Shown: positions 36,756 through 45,091 of the stretch, one piece after another
Numbering within the stretch: position 1 is the first letter of the stretch
Layout: every line of letters begins with the position of its first letter
IMG/VR virus record: IMGVR_UViG_3300005758_000043
Origin: a virus
Lineage: Duplodnaviria; Heunggongvirae; Uroviricota; Caudoviricetes
Strand: one strand, 5' to 3'
DNA: 64,000 nt
Translations under genes and position numbers: made by a program
Notes under the pieces: model-generated
Told to the model about the DNA's origin: nothing
What the model saw: only the letters and a program-made list of their open reading frames with translations
The model's database searches: none

Positions 36756-36772
36756 CCTGTTTTTTGAAAATT

Positions 36773-36847
36773 TGGTAGGCGCGGCAGGGATTGAACCTGC
36801 GTCTCCACCTTATCAAGGAGGTGCTACAACCACTCAGCTACGCGCCT
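36773..36847 (-). tRNA. tRNA-Ile (GAU)
   Basis: Acceptor AGGCGCG/CGCGCCT, D-arm GCTGAGTGGTTGTAGC, anticodon loop UUGAUAA. Confidence 0.65.
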
Positions 36848-36906
36848 ATTAAGCACCAAACTGGTTCGCATATTAAGAGGCGTTTTGGTGACTGTCAAGA
36901 AAAAAT

Positions 36907-36981
36907 TGGTTGGACTAGAGAATTTCGAAATCTCGACTTCACGCTTATCGGGCGTGCGCTCTGCCTCTGAGCTATAGTCCA
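36907..36981 (-). tRNA. tRNA with anticodon GAU and C33 (Ile-like variant)
   Basis: Good cloverleaf (acceptor TGGACTA/TAGTCCA, D GCTC/GAGC, anticodon stem CACGC/GCGTG); the loop CCGAUAA lacks U33. Confidence 0.45.
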
Positions 36982-37052
36982 ATTATTATAGGGAATGTTC
37001 TGATTTGGTATTTTTCGCGCTCTAACCACTGAGCTACGCTCTCACCTATGGG

Positions 37053-37130
37053 CAGTTGCGGCAGGATTCGAACCTGCGCCTCGTCTTTAGAATAGAAGTA
37101 ACCAACTCATGTCACCACTATAAATCTTTT
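37053..37130 (-). pseudogene. tRNA-Arg (UCU)-like fragment without a matching 5' acceptor/D-arm
   Basis: T-arm GCAGG TTCGAAT CCTGC, 3' end CGCAACT-G-CC, anticodon stem CTTCT/AGACG with loop AUUCUAA. Immediately downstream on the minus strand is an orphan tRNA 5' half (GAGCG TA GCTC AGTGGTTA GAGC). Confidence 0.3.
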
Positions 37131-37135
37131 AAAAA

Positions 37136-37209
37136 TGGAGGCCCATGTCAGAATCGAACTGACATCTCCCACTTACAAGGAGGGTGCATCGCCATAATGC
37201 TTATGGACC
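37136..37209 (-). tRNA. tRNA-Thr (UGU)
   Basis: Acceptor GGTCCAT/ATGGGCC, D GCAT/ATGC, anticodon loop CUUGUAA. Confidence 0.6.
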
Positions 37210-37305
37210 GTAAAAATTGGCTGTGAGACAGGGACTTTCACCACTCCGATCATTCTTGCAAGAGAAATTGTTGATCGTGCTATAATTCGCTTCCCACAAT
37301 TAAAT

Positions 37306-37381
37306 TGGCTCCCAAGGGTGGGATCGAACCACCGACATACTGGTTAACAGCCAGTCGCAACTACCGCTGTGCTACTTGGGA
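37306..37381 (-). tRNA. tRNA-Asn (GUU)
   Basis: Anticodon stem ACTGG/CCAGT with loop CUGUUAA, T-loop TTCGATC, perfect acceptor. Confidence 0.7.
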
Positions 37382-37389
37382 TTTGAAAA

Positions 37390-37466
37390 TGGTGCAACAA
37401 GTGGGAGTTGAACCCACACGATAGCTGAGTAAGAGTCAGATGCCCGTCCGCTGTGGCTTTTGTTGC
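37390..37466 (-). tRNA. tRNA-Lys (CUU)
   Basis: Anticodon loop CUCUUAC; acceptor GCAACAA with its complement. Confidence 0.6.
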
Positions 37467-37657
37467 ATAAAAATTGGTCAGGGCGCTGGGTAACGATCCC
37501 AGTTCTGCAAGTTAAAAGCCTGCTGCTTCACCATTAAAGCTTCACCCCGTTTGATATTCATCACATGTGATTTGCCCGCTATCATAGTCTGCCGAAGCAT
37601 GTGACTTACTGTTGCGTTCACTATAGGCTCTTTTCAGATGAATGTCAATTGAAAAAT

Positions 37658-37734
37658 TGGCCCCTGTCGCCCGTTTCGATCAGGCATCCTACTCGTCTTC
37701 AGCGAATCGTGCAGACCACTTACACCAGACAGGG
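37658..37734 (-). tRNA. tRNA-Phe (GAA) with A54 T-loop
   Basis: Perfect 7-bp acceptor CCCTGTC/GACAGGG, anticodon loop CUGAAGA, T-loop ATCGAAA. Confidence 0.55.
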
Positions 37735-37743
37735 ATTGAAAAT

Positions 37744-37833
37744 TGGCGGGTGCGGTAGGATTTGAACCCACGGGCAGCTTTCACCACCTTCGGTTTTCAA
37801 GACCGACGCCATAAACCACTCGACCACACACCC
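37744..37833 (-). tRNA. tRNA-Ser (UGA), class II
   Basis: Anticodon stem TCGGT/ACCGA with loop CUUGAAA, long variable arm, T-loop TTCAAAT. Confidence 0.65.
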
Positions 37834-37878
37834 ATAAAAAATTAGTCTTTTTGCTACTAAGCAAGTGTAAATACTTAT

Positions 37879-38238
37879 ATGAAAATTTGTAGCACTTGTA
37901 AAGAAGAAAAATCAGATAATTGCTTCTACAGCAAAGGAAAAGAAAATCGAACTAATTCTCTTTGTAAAAAATGTTTTAATAACTACTGCCGCGACCGCTG
38001 GATTCAGCGCAAACTCGACATGATCGACCATAAGGGATCTGAATGCGAAGATTGTAAATTGGTTGCGACAAATCAAAATTATTATCTTTTCGATTTCCAC
38101 CACAAAGATCCGAAACAAAAAGATATGGTTTGGGAAAGAATGAGAAAGATTTCTTTATCAAGTTGTATTGAAGAAGTAAATAAATGCGCTTTGCTTTGTT
38201 GCATGTGTCATAGAACAAGGCATTTTTTTGAAAAATAA
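37879..38238 (+). CDS. HNH endonuclease
   Basis: CSTCK ... FDFHHKDPKQKD ... CALLCCMCHRTRH. Confidence 0.65.
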   Translation: MKICSTCKEEKSDNCFYSKGKENRTNSLCKKCFNNYCRDRWIQRKLDMIDHKGSECEDCKLVATNQNYYLFDFHHKDPKQKDMVWERMRKISLSSCIEEVNKCALLCCMCHRTRHFFEK

Positions 38239-38239
38239 A

Positions 38240-38317
38240 TGGCGGGGCTGGCAGGATTCGAACCTGCATCGTTCCCTTACGGTGCCACTGCTTAGAAGGC
38301 AGTTCCGATACAGCCCC
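38240..38317 (-). ncRNA. tRNA-like gene with perfect acceptor and T-arm but aberrant core (anticodon-like UCU hairpin displaced)
   Basis: Acceptor GGGGCTG/CAGCCCC-G-CCA; T-arm GCAGG TTCGAAT CCTGC. A perfect hairpin ACTGC-CUUCUAA-GCAGT lies only 7 nt after the acceptor, followed by 19 extra nt before the T-arm. Confidence 0.3.
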
Positions 38318-38328
38318 ATTAAAAAAAT

Positions 38329-38420
38329 TGGCGGAAGCGGTAGGATTTGAACCTACGGGCCACCATTTGGCGACCTCTATCTTTCCAAGATAGTGCAATT
38401 GACCGCTCTGCCACACTTCC
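38329..38420 (-). tRNA. tRNA-Ser (GGA), class II
   Basis: The 5' half GGAAGTGTGGCAGAGCGGT is nearly identical to bacterial tRNA-Ser. Anticodon stem CTATC/GATAG with loop UUGGAAA. Confidence 0.7.
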
Positions 38421-38429
38421 ATAAAAAAT

Positions 38430-38521
38430 TGGTGGGTTCTAGGCAGAATCGAACTCCTTGCCCTAATGGGAGGAAGGTTACAGCTTCCTAACAGCACCAG
38501 CTATTCTTATTGTTAGAACCC
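38430..38521 (-). tRNA. tRNA-Tyr (GUA), class II
   Basis: Perfect acceptor GGGTTCT/AGAACCC, anticodon stem GGAAG/CTTCC with loop CUGUAAC, variable-arm hairpin CCCATTAGGG. Confidence 0.5.
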
Positions 38522-38522
38522 T

Positions 38523-38897
38523 TTAAATTTTAAATTTTTCAAATTTAGTTCCCAAGTTAATAGTATTTTTATTGCATTCGCAACTAGGTATTAAATAACT
38601 ATTATTTGTATTTAAAACATAAACGAAAATATAATCGCAAGAATTTTTGTCAAAGTATTTCGCATAGTTTCTACTTTGATTTCCACCAGTAGATCGCAAT
38701 CCAACCGAGGGTATGCCATATTGAGAAACAAATGATGTTGTTTTTACTTGAATTTTTTGAAGACTTTTATCTTCAAATTCGACAACTAAATCATAAGGTT
38801 GGGAATCGTTAATTGGAATAGAAACTGTTAATAAACGATTAGTAAAATATGCAATTGCAACTCCAAGCCCAATATTTCCTTTTTGTTTTGTATTCAC
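38523..38897 (-). CDS. hypothetical protein (possible PD-(D/E)xK-like nuclease)
   Basis: DLVVEFEDK...K resembles a D-x(n)-E-x-K motif; weak evidence. Confidence 0.25.
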   Translation of the reverse strand: MNTKQKGNIGLGVAIAYFTNRLLTVSIPINDSQPYDLVVEFEDKSLQKIQVKTTSFVSQYGIPSVGLRSTGGNQSRNYAKYFDKNSCDYIFVYVLNTNNSYLIPSCECNKNTINLGTKFEKFKI

Positions 38898-39192
38898 AAC
38901 AGTATATTACACCGTTTTAATAAAAAATCAAATAAAACTACAAACAAAACGCTTTTAACGACATTTAAGCTATCAGCCCTGTTAGATAGGCGGGCCTTCC
39001 ACGACCAGCCCTGCGGAAGCTGGATCTTTTTGTTTATAAATTGGTCGCTCGCCTTTGGTTTTTCACCTGTAGGCTACCCGTGATCGCGACATGCACAGGC
39101 TCCAACGAGCGTTTGAAATTGCACGGTCTTTTCTTTTACATCAGGCGACCGAAACCCTGATCTTCATGGTTATGTTTACACTAACAATAAAT

Positions 39193-39268
39193 TGGTAGGA
39201 GGGCTGGGAGTCGAACCCAGACAATCGAGCTTATGAGACTCGCGCAGCACCACTACTGCATGCCCGCC
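39193..39268 (-). tRNA. tRNA-Met/Ile2 (CAU)
   Basis: Anticodon stem CGAGT/GCTCG with loop CUCAUAA, D GCAG/CTGC; imperfect acceptor. Confidence 0.45.
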
Positions 39269-39362
39269 AATTGAAAATCATTTGAGGCAACAAGCGACAA
39301 GGGGTTTATTGGTTTCAAGTAATAGTTGAAGAAGTATCCCTTATCTAACAGCACTCAAAAAT

Positions 39363-39439
39363 TGGTTGCGGGTGGGGCGCTTGAATCCCCCAGAAGAGAG
39401 CTTATGAGACTCCTGACTAACCATCTTGTCCTACCCACG
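39363..39439 (-). tRNA. Initiator tRNA-fMet (CAU)
   Basis: C1.A72 mismatch, the hallmark of bacterial initiator tRNA; anticodon loop CUCAUAA. Confidence 0.55.
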
Positions 39440-39585
39440 ATTGAAAATTTAGCAAGCTGACAGGTATAAATAGCTGTCTCTGCGTCTTTGCAGACTTAGT
39501 TGGGGCTTGCAAGCTCCAAACTGTATAGAATATCCTATCACAAACTCAACTCATTGTCAATGAGGAATTTTTAGATATTCTAAAT

Positions 39586-39662
39586 TGGCACTCCCAGCGG
39601 GAATCGAACCCTGCGTTTCATGATTGAAAGTCATGTGTCCTGCCCGACTAGACGATGAGAGC
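39586..39662 (-). tRNA. tRNA-Glu (UUC)
   Basis: D-arm GTCTAGTCGGGCAGGAC matches the tRNA-Glu consensus. Anticodon stem CATGA/TCATG with loop CUUUCAA. Acceptor has two G.U pairs. Confidence 0.6.
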
Positions 39663-39815
39663 ATTTGAAAAATGATCAGTTACGCTTACTTAAAAACGTT
39701 CACAGAGGGACTGATCACTCCTCTTTTAGATTTTTTGTATTTAGTAGGTTTGTTTCACCCTAATCTCCCTCTCGGACTTTAGCGGCTTCAGGCGCTCGCT
39801 GCCGTTGATGTTTTG

Positions 39816-39843
39816 ACTATACCAGACGTTCTGAATTTGTCAA
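39816..39843 (-). promoter_or_regulatory. promoter TTGACA-N16-TATAGT at the head of the tRNA array
   Basis: Located between a minus-strand terminator and tRNA-Glu. Confidence 0.5.
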
Positions 39844-39871
39844 CGTCTTTTTTTGAGAAACTTTTTTTTTA

Positions 39872-39899
39872 CAAAAAAAAACCAGCTTTTGACGGCTGG
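39872..39899 (-). terminator. rho-independent terminator (hairpin CCAGCCGTCAAAAGCTGG + U9)
   Basis: Seen on the minus strand just upstream of the tRNA-array promoter. Confidence 0.6.
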
Positions 39900-40056
39900 G
39901 TTGGGAAGGTCAATGATCTTTTTACCCCAACGTCATGCCGCATTCCACTCGCGATTTGCGAGTGACACGGTTTTTGTTGATGGAATAAAATATCTCATTT
40001 AAAGTTCTTACACCAAATTATAAATATTGGATGTATTTTTTCCAATTTTTTTTCAA

Positions 40057-40623
40057 TTAATGTATAAACCCTTCCCATTCCTTTCGAATCTTTGGAGCAT
40101 TCAGCATTAAAGCTGGAATTGCTGGAGCCGTAGGAATTTTCCCGTTTACGTCAAACCAAGGAGAGTGAGAACTTTTCTTGGTATTGCAAGGGCGACAAGC
40201 GAGAACACGATTTTCGTGATCATCTGTGCCACCTTTGCTTTTTGGCTTAACATGATCAATTGTCAAATCAGACAAAGGAGTTTTGGTAAGACAATACTGA
40301 CAAACATAGCCGTGAATTTTCGCAAGATCAAAAAGACTCAATTTCTTCTTTTTAGGACGGCGAAAAAACTTGCTCGTAACAACGATAATTGTTGGAATTG
40401 GCCAACAAGCTTTAGCACTTCGCAGCACTGGCTGGTCATCGTAAAATTCTGCGGATGAATTCCATGAATTTAGAGTATGAAACAATGCTCCATTTTTATC
40501 CAACGCGGTTGCATGGCCCTTCAGAAGATGGGTAAATGCGGTTCTAGCAGTAACCGTATTGATTGGCTGCCAAGCATTATTTAAAAGCAAAGTTGTTTTA
40601 TGATCTGAAGTTACAATATTCAT
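40057..40623 (-). CDS. HNH endonuclease
   Basis: CQYC ... DHVKPKSKGGTDDHENRVLACRPCNTKKS. Confidence 0.65.
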   Translation of the reverse strand: MNIVTSDHKTTLLLNNAWQPINTVTARTAFTHLLKGHATALDKNGALFHTLNSWNSSAEFYDDQPVLRSAKACWPIPTIIVVTSKFFRRPKKKKLSLFDLAKIHGYVCQYCLTKTPLSDLTIDHVKPKSKGGTDDHENRVLACRPCNTKKSSHSPWFDVNGKIPTAPAIPALMLNAPKIRKEWEGFIH

Positions 40624-41156
40624 CGCAGTTCTTGTTTAAATAATCTCCATCTATCGGAGTCAATTGATTTAATACCAGAATCAATATTTGTCAAGACTTT
40701 TTTTACTTCTTCAAAAGAATCGTAAATGTATTTATGAGGCAACATTCCTAATACCCAAAGAGGCGTATTCACTTTGCCGCCCTCGACAACAATAAAAACT
40801 GGCCTTTTCATGCGAACAGCCCAAGAAAGTTCTTCGACGGTTCCATAAGTTGGAATTTTTGGATTTAAATAGCAAATAATAAAATCGCTGCGATCAACCA
40901 TTGACAAATCAAAGGATCTAACTTGCTTAAAATGTTGAGCGACTTCATCGTATTCTCCACTTTTCATCAATTCAAACATTCGGTCATGAATGTTCTCGTC
41001 TTCTTCTGGAGCATTAATAAATGGTTTTTTATAAGGATCAAAATACGTTACGCCAATATTTTTCAAGAAATCAGCAATATCTTCACGCCACAATCGACCA
41101 TCGCCGTATTGCATTGGACCGATCAAATATGTTTTAGTTCCTTTTAATATGTTCAT
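40620..41156 (-). CDS. Nucleoside 2-deoxyribosyltransferase-like protein
   Basis: YLIGPMQ ... DFIICYLNP ... GTVEELSWAVRMKRPVFIV resembles the NDT/Rcl fold signature. Confidence 0.4.
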   Translation of the reverse strand: MNILKGTKTYLIGPMQYGDGRLWREDIADFLKNIGVTYFDPYKKPFINAPEEDENIHDRMFELMKSGEYDEVAQHFKQVRSFDLSMVDRSDFIICYLNPKIPTYGTVEELSWAVRMKRPVFIVVEGGKVNTPLWVLGMLPHKYIYDSFEEVKKVLTNIDSGIKSIDSDRWRLFKQELR

Positions 41157-41803
41157 AGGTATTCTGCGCAGTTTTTATCTCCTGCGTCATAGAGAGTTTT
41201 CTCTGATTTTGGATAATCAGAAATTTGAGAATATGCAAGCGCAGATTTCATGATCTTTTGCTCTTTTTTATTGCCAAGAAAATAAAAGTATCTATGCTTT
41301 GGTTTTGGAGAGATTCGTTCAATGCCGTTTTGAGTTGCCCATTGAGCAGGATTTGTTATGCCCAATTTATCACGAAGAGTAATTGGGTGGGTAGGAATGC
41401 CATCGACAACATAAAGTTTGTCATGCGATAAAGTAGCGCCTGTATATATCCAATTTGTTGCTTGATAGACAACGCCAGAATGACCATGAGCCGAATCTGC
41501 ATAGCTTACAATTGCGCAGGGCTTTGCAGAAAGAAGTTTGAAAGATTGAGAAATCAAAAAAGAAGCTGCGTTCTTATGACCAGAATCAACAACAAGACGA
41601 GTCAACTCGTAAAGACGGAAATCTCTATTTTTAAAAGCGTGTTTTTGAATTGCCGCAGAGGGCTGACCAAAACAACAAACTCCAATTAAAACATCATCTT
41701 TATAAAGACCAAATCCTTCCCAAAAGATTCCAAGCCTCCTAGAATAATGTTTATTTGATACAACTGCGTTTGCGATTTTTTTTGAAATTGGTTTGACAAT
41801 CAT
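41153..41803 (-). CDS. hypothetical protein (possibly GNAT/Mom-like modification enzyme)
   Basis: Conserved-looking blocks ELTRLVV and IVSYADSAHGHSGVVYQATNW; weak similarity only. Confidence 0.25.
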   Translation of the reverse strand: MIVKPISKKIANAVVSNKHYSRRLGIFWEGFGLYKDDVLIGVCCFGQPSAAIQKHAFKNRDFRLYELTRLVVDSGHKNAASFLISQSFKLLSAKPCAIVSYADSAHGHSGVVYQATNWIYTGATLSHDKLYVVDGIPTHPITLRDKLGITNPAQWATQNGIERISPKPKHRYFYFLGNKKEQKIMKSALAYSQISDYPKSEKTLYDAGDKNCAEYL

Positions 41804-42603
41804 TGCAATAGATATTCTTCGTCCAAGATGGTGCCATTATAGATCTTTCTAAAAAAGATGCAATCACTTTTTTCGCGAAAAACGTCAATTGTTCGATTGG
41901 TTATTTTGCAATATGTTTTTGGCTTTTCTCGATGCCCAGAATTTACCAAATATTTTGATGATTTTAAATACCAATTAAAATGGCAATTATTTTTATACTG
42001 AACTGGCAAATTAAAATGCCGAGCCATCAAATGAAAATAAATTTCATCGGGGAAACATAATTTATCAAGATTAAAAAATTTGCGAAATTTGATTTCGTTT
42101 TTTACAAAAACTTCTGCCGATTTTCTATCACAAACGAACCACTGAGAAACAAATTTGGCGTGAGATTTATCGAATGGATTTCTGCCCTTATCTTTTATAA
42201 GAGCATCAAGCCTAGATAAAGACCAAGATTCTTCCTTGGGTTGATTGCTAAAAGACAAAATAGGATAGCGATCAAAAATAATAGAATGCATTTTCTGCAT
42301 TCCGTAAAGAGGACAGTGGCTTTCACTGATTAAAACAAATTTTTCATTTTCTGGATTTTGTAAAGCAAACATTAAAAGCCTGACGGTAGCCAACACTAAA
42401 GAATATTTGCCCCATTGGGTTTCGACTTTGTATTCACTTGGTATCTCAAACTTTTTGAAAAAATCGCTGAGAATAGGATTTTTATTATGAATATAAAGAT
42501 TATATTTATCAGAATGCTCTTTAGAAAAGAAGCGCTCCATCAAATTTTCTTTATTAAAAGAAGAATTTGTCAAAGCAATGAAAGCCACTTTTTTATTCAT
42601 CAA
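41800..42603 (-). CDS. putative glycosyltransferase-like protein
   Basis: 267 aa; composition and neighbourhood only. Confidence 0.25.
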   Translation of the reverse strand: MMNKKVAFIALTNSSFNKENLMERFFSKEHSDKYNLYIHNKNPILSDFFKKFEIPSEYKVETQWGKYSLVLATVRLLMFALQNPENEKFVLISESHCPLYGMQKMHSIIFDRYPILSFSNQPKEESWSLSRLDALIKDKGRNPFDKSHAKFVSQWFVCDRKSAEVFVKNEIKFRKFFNLDKLCFPDEIYFHLMARHFNLPVQYKNNCHFNWYLKSSKYLVNSGHREKPKTYCKITNRTIDVFREKSDCIFFRKIYNGTILDEEYLLQ

Positions 42604-43436
42604 CCCAAATCAACATCAATCTTCATTTTTGAAAGTTCTTCACAACGATCAACAATAAATTGCCGAGCTAAAGATTCAGACATTTTACGAAGATTAGAAA
42701 TCTTCTTTGAAAAATTTACGAAATCTTTCGACTGGTTAATTTTAGTTTTGGATTCGTGATCGTATATAAACTCATCAAAAACTTCGTAACGCTTATTGAT
42801 TTGAGCCTCAATAGGATCAATAGTAGTATTTCCAACTACATACCGAAAAATATCATTCGGGTCAATCTTTACTAATGGCATCACTTATTTCGAAGATCAA
42901 ATACGATTTCGGAAGAAATCTCCTTATCATTTTCGAGCAGATGCTCGACAACGTAACCATTGGTTCGCTTTGCGCAATCTTTGGCCCAACCAAAACCGCC
43001 TGACAGTTCATTACTGTAAGACTGCTGATAATTGCCGCGAGAGTCATAAACCCGATACCTAGCCTTTTGCTTCATGTTTTTTGTTATTTATTTTTTTTTG
43101 TTTAATTGATCGGTGAGCAGTTGCTCTTTGATCGTGACGAATTCAGAATACTCAGAATCAGTAAAAATGTCAAGAGAAAAAATCTTCTAAATTAAAAATT
43201 AATTTCAATTGCAATTTTGCCTACGTTTACGTTATCGCTGATCAAACCTTTGATGATGATTGTTTTATTATTTACAAAAAAAGTTTCAGAGATTTCGATA
43301 ATATGTTTTTTCTCGTCAATAAAAAGTTCGTGAATTTTCTGCTCTAAATGTTTAATCGAAATGTCGATTGATTGAGACAAAGAAAAATGAGTAAAGTTTT
43401 CGCTGATGCCAATGATTTTTGCTTTCATTTTATATA

Positions 43437-44096
43437 TTAAAAAGTATATTTAAATTTTTCAATATCACGATAAAATATTTGCTCGACAAGTTTTCGCGAT
43501 TTGTCATTGTAATATTGTTTATAGTAATCGTGTTTGCTAGAATTGATATGAGGCAATTGAGCAGGAATATGCTGCACCGCCAAATCTTTCAACATCTGTT
43601 CAAAAGATATTTGAAGATTTTCAAATCGTAAAATTTGTTTTGGTTCAAATGGTCCCCGCAACCATTCAGTTTGATCTTGCACTGGAAAAAAATCGCTGGC
43701 TTTATTTTCAAATTTTTCTTTTGTAATTTCGCAAAAGCGCTCAAATGAAGGTTCTTCTTTTAAACCAAATAGTTTCCATAATTGCATTTTATTGCCAAAG
43801 GAATACATAGACACAAAACGATCCCAAGGATTTCTAACAATAGCAAAAGAATGATAGTCAGAACATCTAACAGGAAGAATATTTGCAATCTCAGCAGGTT
43901 TGGCATGAGTAGGATCAAACCATCCTTTATACAAAGGCTTATTCAGGTTCTTATGAAACAAAGAACTATATTTATTAACTAAATTGAAAGCCCCCAAATG
44001 CTGATAAACAGAGGTGCTTGCATTTTTAGGAATGCGAATGAAAATTAAATGAAAGACCCACCTTTGCTGTAAAGGTGGGATAAGAAACTCGTTCAT
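43437..44096 (-). CDS. Sulfotransferase-family protein
   Basis: IPKNASTSV matches the 5'-PSB PKxGTT loop, and RNPWDRFVSMY matches the 3'-PB RNPxDRxxSxY motif. Confidence 0.55.
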   Translation of the reverse strand: MNEFLIPPLQQRWVFHLIFIRIPKNASTSVYQHLGAFNLVNKYSSLFHKNLNKPLYKGWFDPTHAKPAEIANILPVRCSDYHSFAIVRNPWDRFVSMYSFGNKMQLWKLFGLKEEPSFERFCEITKEKFENKASDFFPVQDQTEWLRGPFEPKQILRFENLQISFEQMLKDLAVQHIPAQLPHINSSKHDYYKQYYNDKSRKLVEQIFYRDIEKFKYTF

Positions 44097-44620
44097 TTTT
44101 TGATTAATGTATATCTGATGTTGTCTAAAATATCAGACATCTTAATCAAAGATAACATGTCAAGTCTTCCTCTGCGTTGATAGCCAGTGTATAGAGGCAT
44201 AGAAACATCAGTATTTAACTTTGTCAAATCACAAAGCTTTTCGCAAAGTCTCGCCAATGATTTTCGATTAACCATAACGAAATCATTTTCACGCTCAAAT
44301 GCAATTAGATCTGCGGCTCCATAAAGCCAACCTCTTTTGCCCGCGACATTCTTGAATTCGATCCAGATCAAGTCATCATTAACCTTATCATCTTTACGTT
44401 TCACCTTCTTTCGAGACTTAACCTCTACAGAGAACTTTAGATTGTCGAAAGTCTCAATGTAGAAGTCAATGTGTTTGAATTGATCTTGCTTAGATGACTC
44501 CGTAATTTTCGATCCGCCTTTTTGAATAGCAGCAACGAAGCTAGACTCTGCATTTTGTCCTAAAGCGAACGAAGATCCTGTTGTGTCATATTTATTTCTA
44601 TAAGCCATTATGTATTCCAT
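44093..44620 (-). CDS. hypothetical protein
   Basis: 175-aa ORF; promoter TTGACA-N15-TATTAT at 44610-44645. Confidence 0.35.
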   Translation of the reverse strand: MEYIMAYRNKYDTTGSSFALGQNAESSFVAAIQKGGSKITESSKQDQFKHIDFYIETFDNLKFSVEVKSRKKVKRKDDKVNDDLIWIEFKNVAGKRGWLYGAADLIAFERENDFVMVNRKSLARLCEKLCDLTKLNTDVSMPLYTGYQRRGRLDMLSLIKMSDILDNIRYTLIKK

Positions 44621-45063
44621 AATACAACAATTTCTTGATTGTCAAGAATAATTTGCATATTTCGGTCTTTTTTGCTCAAAAAGTTCATAAAATGTTTTAA
44701 TTTATGCTTTCTGGTTATTTGAGCGCGAAATGTTCGTATTTCGGGGTGTAAACTGCAAAAGAAAAAACGAAACTTTTTAAAGTTTTCGAGGAATCCAAAA
44801 TGGTCGCCAAAAATGAATTCTATTTCTGCATTTTGATTATCTCTTTTGACAGCAACAAATAGCTTTATTTGACCTGCGACAGTTCCTAAATACACTTCGC
44901 AAATCTTGAATAAAAATTCAATATATTCTTTGATTTTAATTATTGAGGTTATGCGAGACGGTAAATGACAAAAATCATAAGGTTTAGATTTGATGCAATA
45001 AGATATGATCTTTTGTTTTATTTGATCAGTCGCTTGGTTTATTCGTTGAAACTGCATAGGCAT
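44608..45063 (-). CDS. hypothetical protein
   Basis: 151-aa ORF. Confidence 0.3.
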   Translation of the reverse strand: MPMQFQRINQATDQIKQKIISYCIKSKPYDFCHLPSRITSIIKIKEYIEFLFKICEVYLGTVAGQIKLFVAVKRDNQNAEIEFIFGDHFGFLENFKKFRFFFCSLHPEIRTFRAQITRKHKLKHFMNFLSKKDRNMQIILDNQEIVVLWNT

Positions 45064-45074
45064 TTAATTATAAT
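45046..45074 (+). promoter_or_regulatory. promoter TTGAAA-N17-TATAAT for the plus-strand tail operon
   Basis: 17 nt upstream of the ATG at 45092; no SD. Confidence 0.5.
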
Positions 45075-45091
45075 ATGGTGTAAAATAAAAC

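Noticed and set aside
37217-37299. Candidate tRNA with acceptor TGTGAGA/TCCCACA
   Set aside because: No canonical T-loop. The predicted anticodon region is a perfect palindrome (TCTTGCAAGA) with no loop.
39042-39110. tRNA-like segment with acceptor-type complementarity (CGCTCGC/ACGAGCG)
   Set aside because: It lacks a T-arm. Only a long hairpin (CCTGT...ACAGG) is present.
25400-39700. Reading the tRNA genes on the plus strand
   Set aside because: TTCGAA is self-complementary, so T-arms look similar on both strands. Only the minus-strand reading gives canonical T54-loops (TTCRANY), encoded CCA ends and sensible anticodon loops with U33.
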